Shown: in pieces, positions 10,534-22,800 of the stretch | Layout: each line of letters starts with the position of its first letter | How positions within the stretch are numbered: the first letter of the stretch is position 1 | DNA from: the human T2T-CHM13v2.0 reference genome, Homo sapiens | Direction: 5' to 3' (one strand) | NCBI RefSeq assembly: GCF_009914755.1 | Contig: NC_060937.1 | DNA: 64,000 bases | Translations under genes and position numbers: made by a program | The notes under the pieces: generated by a model | What the model was told of the DNA's origin: nothing | Databases searched by the model: none | The model's input: only the letters and a program-made list of their open reading frames with translations

Positions 10534-13500
10534 GTGTTTCAAACCTGCTCTATGAAAGGGAATCTTCAACTCTATGAGTTGAATGCAGACATCAGAAAGA
10601 AATTTCTGAGAATGCTGCTGTCTACCTTTTATTTGAATTCCCGCTTCCAACGAAATCCTCCAAGCTATCCAAATATCCACCTGCATTTTCCACAAAAAGA
10701 GCGTTTCAAAACTGCTCTATCAATAGAAATGTTCAACTCCTTTGGCTGGGTACACACATCACAAACAAGTTTCTGAGAATGCTTCTGTCTAGTTTTTATG
10801 GGAAGACATTCCCTTTTTCACCAAAGGCATCAAAGCGCTCCAAATGTCCACTTCCAGACACTACAAAAAGAGTGTTTCCAACGTGCTCTAAGAAAGCGAA
10901 TGTTCAACTCTGTGACTTGAATGCAGATATCACAAAGTAGTTTCTGAGAGGGCTTCTGTCTAGATTTTAGATGATGATATTCCCGTTTCCAACGAAATCA
11001 TTAGAGCTATCCAAATATCCACTTACAGTTTCTACAAAAAGAGTGTTTCCAAACTGCTGCATCAAAAGAGAGGTTCCACTCTGTTAGCTGAGTACACACA
11101 TCACAAACTTGTTTCTCAGAATCCTTCTGTCTCGTTTTTCTGGGAAGATATTTACTTTTTCACCGTAGGCATCAAAGCGCTCCAAATGTCCACATCCAGA
11201 TACTCCAGAAAGAGTGTTTCAAACCTGCTCTATGAAAGGGAATCTTCAACTCTATGAGTTGAATGCAGACATCAGAAAGAAATTTCTGAGAATGCTGCTG
11301 TCTACCTTTTATTTGAATTCCCGCTTCCAACGAAATCCTCCAAGCTATCCAAATATCCACTTGCAGATTCCACAAAAAGAGTGTTTCAAAACTGCTCTCT
11401 ATCAATGGCAAAGTTCAACTCTGTTAGTTGAGGACACATATCACCAACAAGTTTCTGAGAATGCTTCTGTCTATTTTTTATGGGAAGATATTTCCTTTTT
11501 CACCATAGGCGTCAAGGCGATCGAAATGTCCACTTCCACAAACTACAAAAAGAGTGTTTCAAACCTGCTCTATGAAAGGCCATGTTCATCTCTATGAGTC
11601 GAATGGAAATATCCGAAAGAAATTTCTGGGAATGCTGCTGTCTAGTTTTTATACGAATTCCCGCTTCCAACGAAATCCTCAAAGCAATCCAAATATCCAC
11701 TTGCAGAATCCACAAAAAGAGTGTTTCAAAACTGCTCTATCAATAGAAAGGTTCAACTCTTTTAGTTGAGTACACACATCACAAACAAGTTTCTGAGAAT
11801 GCTTCTGTCTGGCTTTTATTGGAAGACGTTTCCTTTTCACCAAAGGCATCAAAGCGCTCCAAATGTCCACTTCCAGATTCTTCCAAAAGAGTGTTTGAAA
11901 CGTGCTCAAAGTAAGGGAATGTTCAACTCTGTGACTTGAATGCAGATATCACCAAGTAGTTTCTAATAGTGCTTCTGTCTAGATTTTAGATGATGATATT
12001 CCCGTTTCCAACGAAATCGTTAGAGCTATCCAAATATCCACTTACAGTTTCTACAAAAAGAGTGTTTCCAAACTGCTGCATCAAAAGAAAGGTTCAACTC
12101 TGTTAGTTGAGGACACACATCACAAAGAAGTTTGTGAGAATGCTTCTGTCTATATTTTGTATGACCATATTCCCTTTTCCAGCGATATCATTAAAGCAAT
12201 CTAAATATCCATTTGCAGAATCCACAAAAATAGAGTTTCAAAGCTGCTCTGTAAAAAGAAAGGTTCCACTCTGTTAGCTGAGTACACACATCACAAACTT
12301 GTTTCTCAGAATCCTTCTGTCTCGTTTTTATGGGAAGATATTTACTTTTTCACCGTAGGCATCAAAGCGCTCCAAATGTACACATCCAGATACTCCAGAA
12401 AGAGTGTTTCAAACCTGCTCTATGAAAGGGAATCTTCAACTCTATGAGTTGAATGCAGACATCAGAAAGAAATTTCTGAGAATGCTGCTGTCTACCTTTT
12501 ATTTGAATTCCCGCTTCCAACGAAATCCTCCAAGCTATCCAAATATCCACCTGCATTTTCCACAAAAAGAGCGTTTCAAAACTGCTCTATCAATAGAAAT
12601 GTTCAACTCCTTTGGCTGGGTACACACATCACAAACAAGTTTCTGAGAATGCTTCTGTCTAGTTTTTATGGGAAGACATTCCCTTTTTCACCAAAGGCAT
12701 CAAAGCGCTCCAAATGTCCACTTCCAGACACTACAAAAAGAGTGTTTCCAACGTGCTCTAAGAAAGCGAATGTTCAACTCTGTGACTTGAATGCAGATAT
12801 CACAAAGTAGTTTCTGAGAGGGCTTCTGTCTAGATTTTAGATGATGATATTCCCGTTTCCAACGAAATCATTAGAGCTATCCAAATATCCACTTACAGTT
12901 TCTACAAAAAGAGTGTTTCCAAACTGCTGCATCAAAAGAGAGGTTCCACTCTGTTAGCTGAGTACACACATCACAAACTTGTTTCTCAGAATCCTTCTGT
13001 CTCGTTTTTCTGGGAAGATATTTACTTTTTCACCGTAGGCATCAAAGCGCTCCAAATGTCCACATCCAGATACTCCAGAAAGAGTGTTTCAAACCTGCTC
13101 TATGAAAGGGAATCTTCAACTCTATGAGTTGAATGCAGACATCAGAAAGAAATTTCTGAGAATGCTGCTGTCTACCTTTTATTTGAATTCCCGCTTCCAA
13201 CGAAATCCTCCAAGCTATCCAAATATCCACTTGCAGATTCCACAAAAAGAGTGTTTCAAAACTGCTCTCTATCAATGGCAAAGTTCAACTCTGTTAGTTG
13301 AGGACACATATCACCAACAAGTTTCTGAGAATGCTTCTGTCTATTTTTTATGGGAAGATATTTCCTTTTTCACCGTAGGCGTCAAGGCGATCGAAATGTC
13401 CACTTCCACAAACTACAAAAAGAGTGTTTCAAACCTGCTCTATGAAAGGCCATGTTCATCTCTATGAGTCGAATGGAAATATCCGAAAGAAATTTCTGGG

Positions 13501-16500
13501 AATGCTGCTGTCTAGTTTTTATACGAATTCCCGCTTCCAACGAAATCCTCAAAGCAATCCAAATATCCACTTGCAGAATCCACAAAAAGAGTGTTTCAAA
13601 ACTGCTCTATCAATAGAAAGGTTCAACTCTTTTAGTTGAGTACACACATCACAAACAAGTTTCTGAGAATGCTTCTGTCTGGCTTTTATTGGAAGACGTT
13701 TCCTTTTCACCAAAGGCATCAAAGCGCTCCAAATGTCCACTTCCAGATTCTTCCAAAAGAGTGTTTGAAACGTGCTCAAAGTAAGGGAATGTTCAACTCT
13801 GTGACTTGAATGCAGATATCACCAAGTAGTTTCTAATAGTGCTTCTGTCTAGATTTTAGATGATGATATTCCCGTTTCCAACGAAATCGTTAGAGCTATC
13901 CAAATATCCACTTACAGTTTCTACAAAAAGAGTGTTTCCAAACTGCTGCATCAAAAGAAAGGTTCAACTCTGTTAGTTGAGGACACACATCACAAAGAAG
14001 TTTGTGAGAATGCTTCTGTCTAGATTTTGTATGACCATATTCCCTTTTCCAGCGATATCATTAAAGCAATCTAAATATCCATTTGCAGAATCCACAAAAA
14101 TAGAGTTTCAAAGCTGCTCTGTAAAAAGAAAGGTTCCACTCTGTTAGCTGAGTACACACATCACAAACTTGTTTCTCAGAATCCTTCTGTCTCGTTTTTA
14201 TGGGAAGATATTTACTTTTTCACCGTAGGCATCAAAGCGCTCCAAATGTCCACATCCAGATACTCCAGAAAGAGTGTTTCAAACCTGCTCTATGAAAGGG
14301 AATCTTCAACTCTATGAGTTGAATGCAGACATCAGAAAGAAATTTCTGAGAATGCTGCTGTCTACCTTTTATTTGAATTCCCGCTTCCAACGAAATCCTC
14401 CAAGCTATCCAAATATCCACCTGCATTTTCCACAAAAAGAGCGTTTCAAAACTGCTCTATCAATAGAAATGTTCAACTCCTTTGGCTGGGTACACACATC
14501 ACAAACAAGTTTCTGAGAATGCTTCTGTCTAGTTTTTATGGGAAGACATTCCCTTTTTCACCAAAGGCATCAAAGCGCTCCAAATGTCCACTTCCAGACA
14601 CTACAAAAAGAGTGTTTCCAACGTGCTCTAAGAAAGCGAATGTTCAACTCTGTGACTTGAATGCAGATATCACAAAGTAGTTTCTGAGAGGGCTTCTGTC
14701 TAGATTTTAGATGATGATATTCCCGTTTCCAACGAAATCATTAGAGCTATCCAAATATCCACTTACAGTTTCTACAAAAAGAGTGTTTCCAAACTGCTGC
14801 ATCAAAAGAGAGGTTCCACTCTGTTAGCTGAGTACACACATCACAAACTTGTTTCTCAGAATCCTTCTGTCTCGTTTTTCTGGGAAGATATTTACTTTTT
14901 CACCGTAGGCATCAAAGCGCTCCAAATGTCCACATCCAGATACTCCAGAAAGAGTGTTTCAAACCTGCTCTATGAAAGGGAATCTTCAACTCTATGAGTT
15001 GAATGCAGACATCAGAAAGAAATTTCTGAGAATGCTGCTGTCTACCTTTTATTTGAATTCCCGCTTCCAACGAAATCCTCCAAGCTATCCAAATATCCAC
15101 TTGCAGATTCCACAAAAAGAGTGTTTCAAAACTGCTCTCTATCAATGGCAAAGTTCAACTCTGTTAGTTGAGGACACATATCACCAACAAGTTTCTGAGA
15201 ATGCTTCTGTCTATTTTTTATGGGAAGATATTTCCTTTTTCACCGTAGGCGTCAAGGCGATCGAAATGTCCACTTCCACAAACTACAAAAAGAGTGTTTC
15301 AAACCTGCTCTATGAAAGGCCATGTTCATCTCTATGAGTCGAATGGAAATATCCGAAAGAAATTTCTGGGAATGCTGCTGTCTAGTTTTTATACGAATTC
15401 CCGCTTCCAACGAAATCCTCAAAGCAATCCAAATATCCACTTGCAGAATCCACAAAAAGAGTGTTTCAAAACTGCTCTATCAATAGAAAGGTTCAACTCT
15501 TTTAGTTGAGTACACACATCACAAACAAGTTTCTGAGAATGCTTCTGTCTGGCTTTTATTGGAAGACGTTTCCTTTTCACCAAAGGCATCAAAGCGCTCC
15601 AAATGTCCACTTCCAGATTCTTCCAAAAGAGTGTTTGAAACGTGCTCAAAGTAAGGGAATGTTCAACTCTGTGACTTGAATGCAGATATCACCAAGTAGT
15701 TTCTAATAGTGCTTCTGTCTAGATTTTAGATGATGATATTCCCGTTTCCAACGAAATCGTTAGAGCTATCCAAATATCCACTTACAGTTGCTACAAAAAC
15801 AGTGTTTCCAAACTGCTGCATCAAAAGAAAGGTTCAACTCTGTTAGTTGAGGACACACATCACAAAGAAGTTTGTGAGAATGCTTCTGTCTAGATTTTGT
15901 ATGACCATATTCCCTTTTCCAGCGATATCATTAAAGCAATCTAAATATCCATTTGCAGAATCCACAAAAATAGAGTTTCAAAGCTGCTCTGTAAAAAGAA
16001 AGGTTCCACTCTGTTAGCTGAGTACACACATCACAAACTTGTTTCTCAGAATCCTTCTGTCTCGTTTTTCTGGGAAGATATTTACTTTTTCACCGTAGGC
16101 ATCAAAGCGCTCCAAATGTCCACATCCAGATACTCCAGAAAGAGTGTTTCAAACCTGCTCTATGAAAGGGAATCTTCAACTCTATGAGTTGAATGCAGAC
16201 ATCAGAAAGAAATTTCTGAGAATGCTGCTGTCTACCTTTTATTTGAATTCCCGCTTCCAACGAAATCCTCCAAGCTATCCAAATATCCACCTGCATTTTC
16301 CACAAAAAGAGCGTTTCAAAACTGCTCTATCAATAGAAATGTTCAACTCCTTTGGCTGGGTACACACATCACAAACAAGTTTCTGAGAATGCTTCTGTCT
16401 AGTTTTTATGGGAAGACATTCCCTTTTTCACCAAAGGCATCAAAGCGCTCCAAATGTCCACTTCCAGACACTACAAAAAGAGTGTTTCCAACGTGCTCTA

Positions 16501-19500
16501 AGAAAGCGAATGTTCAACTCTGTGACTTGAATGCAGATATCACAAAGTAGTTTCTGAGAGGGCTTCTGTCTAGATTTTAGATGATGATATTCCCGTTTCC
16601 AACGAAATCATTAGAGCTATCCAAATATCCACTTACAGTTTCTACAAAAAGAGTGTTTCCAAACTGCTGCATCAAAAGAGAGGTTCCACTCTGTTAGCTG
16701 AGTACACACATCACAAACTTGTTTCTCAGAATCCTTCTGTCTCGTTTTTCTGGGAAGATATTTACTTTTTCACCGTAGGCATCAAAGCGCTCCAAATGTC
16801 CACATCCAGATACTCCAGAAAGAGTGTTTCAAACCTGCTCTATGAAAGGGAATCTTCAACTCTATGAGTTGAATGCAGACATCAGAAAGAAATTTCTGAG
16901 AATGCTGCTGTCTACCTTTTATTTGAATTCCCGCTTCCAACGAAATCCTCCAAGCTATCCAAATATCCACTTGCAGATTCCACAAAAAGAGTGTTTCAAA
17001 ACTGCTCTCTATCAATGGCAAAGTTCAACTCTGTTAGTTGAGGACACATATCACCAACAAGTTTCTGAGAATGCTTCTGTCTATTTTTTATGGGAAGATA
17101 TTTCCTTTTTCACCGTAGGCGTCAAGGCGATCGAAATGTCCACTTCCACAAACTACAAAAAGAGTGTTTCAAACCTGCTCTATGAAAGGCCATGTTCATC
17201 TCTATGAGTCGAATGGAAATATCCGAAAGAAATTTCTGGGAATGCTGCTGTCTAGTTTTTATACGAATTCCCGCTTCCAACGAAATCCTCAAAGCAATCC
17301 AAATATCCACTTGCAGAATCCACAAAAAGAGTGTTTCAAAACTGCTCTATCAATAGAAAGGTTCAACTCTTTTAGTTGAGTACACACATCACAAACAAGT
17401 TTCTGAGAATGCTTCTGTCTGGCTTTTATTGGAAGACGTTTCCTTTTCACCAAAGGCATCAAAGCGCTCCAAATGTCCACTTCCAGATTCTTCCAAAAGA
17501 GTGTTTGAAACGTGCTCAAAGTAAGGGAATGTTCAACTCTGTGACTTGAATGCAGATATCACCAAGTAGTTTCTAATAGTGCTTCTGTCTAGATTTTAGA
17601 TGATGATATTCCCGTTTCCAACGAAATCGTTAGAGCTATCCAAATATCCACTTACAGTTTCTACAAAAAGAGTGTTTCCAAACTGCTGCATCAAAAGAAA
17701 GGTTCAACTCTGTTAGTTGAGGACACACATCACAAAGAAGTTTGTGAGAATGCTTCTGTCTAGATTTTGTATGACCATATTCCCTTTTCCAGCGATATCA
17801 TTAAAGCAATCTAAATATCCATTTGCAGAATCCACAAAAATAGAGTTTCAAAGCTGCTCTGTAAAAAGAAAGGTTCCACTCTGTTAGCTGAGTACACACA
17901 TCACAAACTTGTTTCTCAGAATCCTTCTGTCTCGTTTTTCTGGGAAGATATTTACTTTTTCACCGTAGGCATCAAAGCGCTCCAAATGTCCACATCCAGA
18001 TACTCCAGAAAGAGTGTTTCAAACCTGCTCTATGAAAGGGAATCTTCAACTCTATGAGTTGAATGCAGACATCAGAAAGAAATTTCTGAGAATGCTGCTG
18101 TCTACCTTTTATTTGAATTCCCGCTTCCAACGAAATCCTCCAAGCTATCCAAATATCCACCTGCATTTTCCACAAAAAGAGCGTTTCAAAACTGCTCTAT
18201 CAATAGAAATGTTCAACTCCTTTGGCTGGGTACACACATCACAAACAAGTTTCTGAGAATGCTTCTGTCTAGTTTTTATGGGAAGACATTCCCTTTTTCA
18301 CCAAAGGCATCAAAGCGCTCCAAATGTCCACTTCCAGACACTACAAAAAGTGTGTTTCCAACGTGCTCTAAGAAAGCGAATGTTCAACTCTGTGACTTGA
18401 ATGCAGATATCACAAAGTAGTTTCTGAGAGGGCTTCTGTCTAGATTTTAGATGATGATATTCCCGTTTCCAACGAAATCATTAGAGCTATCCAAATATCC
18501 ACTTACAGTTTCTACAAAAAGAGTGTTTCCAAACTGCTGCATCAAAAGAGAGGTTCCACTCTGTTAGCTGAGTACACACATCACAAACTTGTTTCTCAGA
18601 ATCCTTCTGTCTCGTTTTTCTGGGAAGATATTTACTTTTTCACCGTAGGCATCAAAGCGCTCCAAATGTCCACATCCAGATACTCCAGAAAGAGTGTTTC
18701 AAACCTGCTCTATGAAAGGGAATCTTCAACTCTATGAGTTGAATGCAGACATCAGAAAGAAATTTCTGAGAATGCTGCTGTCTACCTTTTATTTGAATTC
18801 CCGCTTCCAACGAAATCCTCCAAGCTATCCAAATATCCACTTGCAGATTCCACAAAAAGAGTGTTTCAAAACTGCTCTCTATCAATGGCAAAGTTCAACT
18901 CTGTTAGTTGAGGACACATATCACCAACAAGTTTCTGAGAATGCTTCTGTCTATTTTTTATGGGAAGATATTTCCTTTTTCACCGTAGGCGTCAAGGCGA
19001 TCGAAATGTCCACTTCCACAAACTACAAAAAGAGTGTTTCAAACCTGCTCTATGAAAGGCCATGTTCATCTCTATGAGTCGAATGGAAATATCCGAAAGA
19101 AATTTCTGGGAATGCTGCTGTCTAGATTTTATACGAATTCCCGCTTCCAACGAAATCCTCAAAGCAATCCAAATATCCACTTGCAGAATCCACAAAAAGA
19201 GTGTTTCAAAACTGCTCTATCAATAGAAAGGTTCAACTCTTTTAGTTGAGTACACACATCACAAACAAGTTTCTGAGAATGCTTCTGTCTGGCTTTTATT
19301 GGAAGATGTTTCCTTTTCACCAAAGGCATCAAAGCGCTCCAAATGTCCACTTCCAGATTCTTCCAAAAGAGTGTTTGAAACGTGCTCAAAGTAAGGGAAT
19401 GTTCAACTCTGTGACTTGAATGCAGATATCACCAAGTAGTTTCTAATAGTGCTTCTGTCTAGATTTTAGATGATGATATTCCCGTTTCCAACGAAATCGT

Positions 19501-19883
19501 TAGAGCTATCCAAATATCCACTTACAGTTGCTACAAAAACAGTGTTTCCAAACTGCTGCATCAAAAGAAAGGTTCAACTCTGTTAGTTGAGGACACACGT
19601 CACAAAGAAGTTTGTGAGAATGCTTCTGTCTAGATTTTGTATGACGATATTCCCTTTTCCAACGATATCATTAAAGCAATCTAAATATCCATTTGCAGAA
19701 TCCACAAAAATAGAGTTTCAAAGCTGCTCTGTAAAAAGAAAGGTTCCACTCTGTTAGCTGAGTACACACATCACAAACTTGTTTCTCAGAATCCTTCTGT
19801 CTCGTTTTTATGGGAAGATATTTACTTTTTCACCGTAGGCATCAAAGCGCTCCAAATGTCCACATCCAGATACTCCAGAAAGA
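10534..19883 (-). repeat. Five tandem canonical 11-mers (A1+B, 1870 bp period)
   Basis: A1 starts at 10534, 12404, 14274, 16144 and 18014, exactly 1870 bp apart. Confidence 0.94.
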
Positions 19884-22800
19884 GTGTTTCAAACCTGCTC
19901 TATGAAAGGGAATCTTCAACTCTATGAGTTGAATGCAGACATCAGAAAGAAATTTCTGAGAATGCTGCTGTCTACCTTTTATTTGAATTCCCGCTTCCAA
20001 CGAAATCCTCCAAGCTATCCAAATATCCACTTGCAGATTCGACAAAAAGAGTGTTTCAAAACTGCTCTCTATCAATGGCAAAGTTCAACTCTGTTAGTTG
20101 AGGACACATATCACCAACAAGTTTCTGAGAATGCTTCTGTCTATTTTTTATGGGAAGATATTTCCTTTTTCACCGTAGGCGTCAAGGCGATCGAAATGTC
20201 CACTTCCACAAACTACAAAAAGAGTGTTTCAAACCTGCTCTATGAAAGGCCATGTTCATCTCTATGAGTCGAATGGAAATATCCGAAAGAAATTTCTGGG
20301 AATGCTGCTGTCTAGTTTTTATACGAATTCCCGCTTCCAACGAAATCCTCAAAGCAATCCAAATATCCACTTGCAGAATCCACAAAAAGAGTGTTTCAAA
20401 ACTGCTCTATCAATAGAAAGGTTCAACTCTTTTAGTTGAGTACACACATCACAAACAAGTTTCTGAGAATGCTTCTGTCTGGCTTTTATTGGAAGACGTT
20501 TCCTTTTCACCAAAGGCATCAAAGCGCTCCAAATGTCCACTTCCAGATTCTTCCAAAAGAGTGTTTGAAACGTGCTCAAAGTAAGGGAATGTTCAACTCT
20601 GTGACTTGAATGCAGATATCACCAAGTAGTTTCTAATAGTGCTTCTGTCTAGATTTTAGATGATGATATTCCCGTTTCCAACGAAATCGTTAGAGCTATC
20701 CAAATATCCACTTACAGTTGCTACAAAAACAGTGTTTCCAAACTGCTGCATCAAAAGAAAGGTTCAACTCTGTTAGTTGAGGACACACGTCACAAAGAAG
20801 TTTGTGAGAATGCTTCTGTCTAGATTTTGTATGACGATATTCCCTTTTCCAACGATATCGTTAAAGCAATCTAAATATCCATTTGCAGAATCCACAAAAA
20901 TAGAGTTTCAAAGCTGCTCTGTAAAAAGAAAGGTTCCACTCTGTTAGCTGAGTACACACATCACAAACTTGTTTCTCAGAATCCTTCTGTCTCGTTTTTC
21001 TGGGAAGATATTTACTTTTTCACCGTAGGCATCAAAGCGCTCCAAATGTCCACATCCAGATACTCCAGAAAGAGTGTTTCAAACCTGCTCTATGAAAGGG
21101 AATCTTCAACTCTATGAGTTGAATGCAGACATCAGAAAGAAATTTCTGAGAATGCTGCTGTCTACCTTTTATTTGAATTCCCGCTTCCAACGAAATCCTC
21201 CAAGCTATCCAAATATCCACTTGCAGATTCCACAAAAAGAGTGTTTCAAAACTGCTCTCTATCAATGGCAAAGTTCAACTCTGTTAGTTGAGGACACATA
21301 TCACCAACAAGTTTCTGAGAATGCTTCTGTCTATTTTTTATGGGAAGATATTTCCTTTTTCACCGTAGGCGTCAAGGCGATCGAAATGTCCACTTCCACA
21401 AACTACAAAAAGAGTGTTTCAAACCTGCTCTATGAAAGGCCATGTTCATCTCTATGAGTCGAATGGAAATATCCGAAAGAAATTTCTGGGAATGCTGCTG
21501 TCTAGTTTTTATACGAATTCCCGCTTCCAACGAAATCCTCAAAGCAATCCAAATATCCACTTGCAGAATCCACAAAAAGAGTGTTTCAAAACTGCTCTAT
21601 CAATAGAAAGGTTCAACTCTTTTAGTTGAGTACACACATCACAAACAAGTTTCTGAGAATGCTTCTGTCTGGCTTTTATTGGAAGACGTTTCCTTTTCAC
21701 CAAAGGCATCAAAGCGCTCCAAATGTCCACTTCCAGATTCTTCCAAAAGAGTGTTTGAAACGTGCTCAAAGTAAGGGAATGTTCAACTCTGTGACTTGAA
21801 TGCAGATATCACCAAGTAGTTTCTAATAGTGCTTCTGTCTAGATTTTAGATGATGATATTCCCGTTTCCAACGAAATCGTTAGAGCTATCCAAATATCCA
21901 CTTACAGTTGCTACAAAAACAGTGTTTCCAAACTGCTGCATCAAAAGAAAGGTTCAACTCTGTTAGTTGAGGACACACGTCACAAAGAAGTTTGTGAGAA
22001 TGCTTCTGTCTAGATTTTGTATGACGATATTCCCTTTTCCAACGATATCATTAAAGCAATCTAAATATCCATTTGCAGAATCCACAAAAATAGAGTTTCA
22101 AAGCTGCTCTGTAAAAAGAAAGGTTCCACTCTGTTAGCTGAGTACACACATCACAAACTTGTTTCTCAGAATCCTTCTGTCTCGTTTTTATGGGAAGATA
22201 TTTACTTTTTCACCGTAGGCATCAAAGCGCTCCAAATGTCCACATCCAGATACTCCAGAAAGAGTGTTTCAAACCTGCTCTATGAAAGGGAATCTTCAAC
22301 TCTATGAGTTGAATGCAGACATCAGAAAGAAATTTCTGAGAATGCTGCTGTCTACCTTTTATTTGAATTCCCGCTTCCAACGAAATCCTCCAAGCTATCC
22401 AAATATCCACTTGCAGATTCCACAAAAAGAGTGTTTCAAAACTGCTCTCTATCAATGGCAAAGTTCAACTCTGTTAGTTGAGGACACATATCACCAACAA
22501 GTTTCTGAGAATGCTTCTGTCTATTTTTTATGGGAAGATATTTCCTTTTTCACCGTAGGCGTCAAGGCGATCGAAATGTCCACTTCCACAAACTACAAAA
22601 AGAGTGTTTCAAACCTGCTCTATGAAAGGCCATGTTCATCTCTATGAGTCGAATGGAAATATCCGAAAGAAATTTCTGGGAATGCTGCTGTCTAGTTTTT
22701 ATACGAATTCCCGCTTCCAACGAAATCCTCAAAGCAATCCAAATATCCACTTGCAGAATCCACAAAAAGAGTGTTTCAAAACTGCTCTATCAATAGAAAG

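Larger units (their letters stand above)
2208..12403 (-). repeat. 4-mer-rich domain with 15-mer, 11-mer, 19-mer and 15-mer structural variants (AAB, AB, AAAB, AAB)
   Basis: Module starts 2208A, 2888A, 3568B, 4758A, 5438B, 6628A, 7306A, 7986A, 8666B, 9856A, 10534A, 11214B. Confidence 0.92.
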
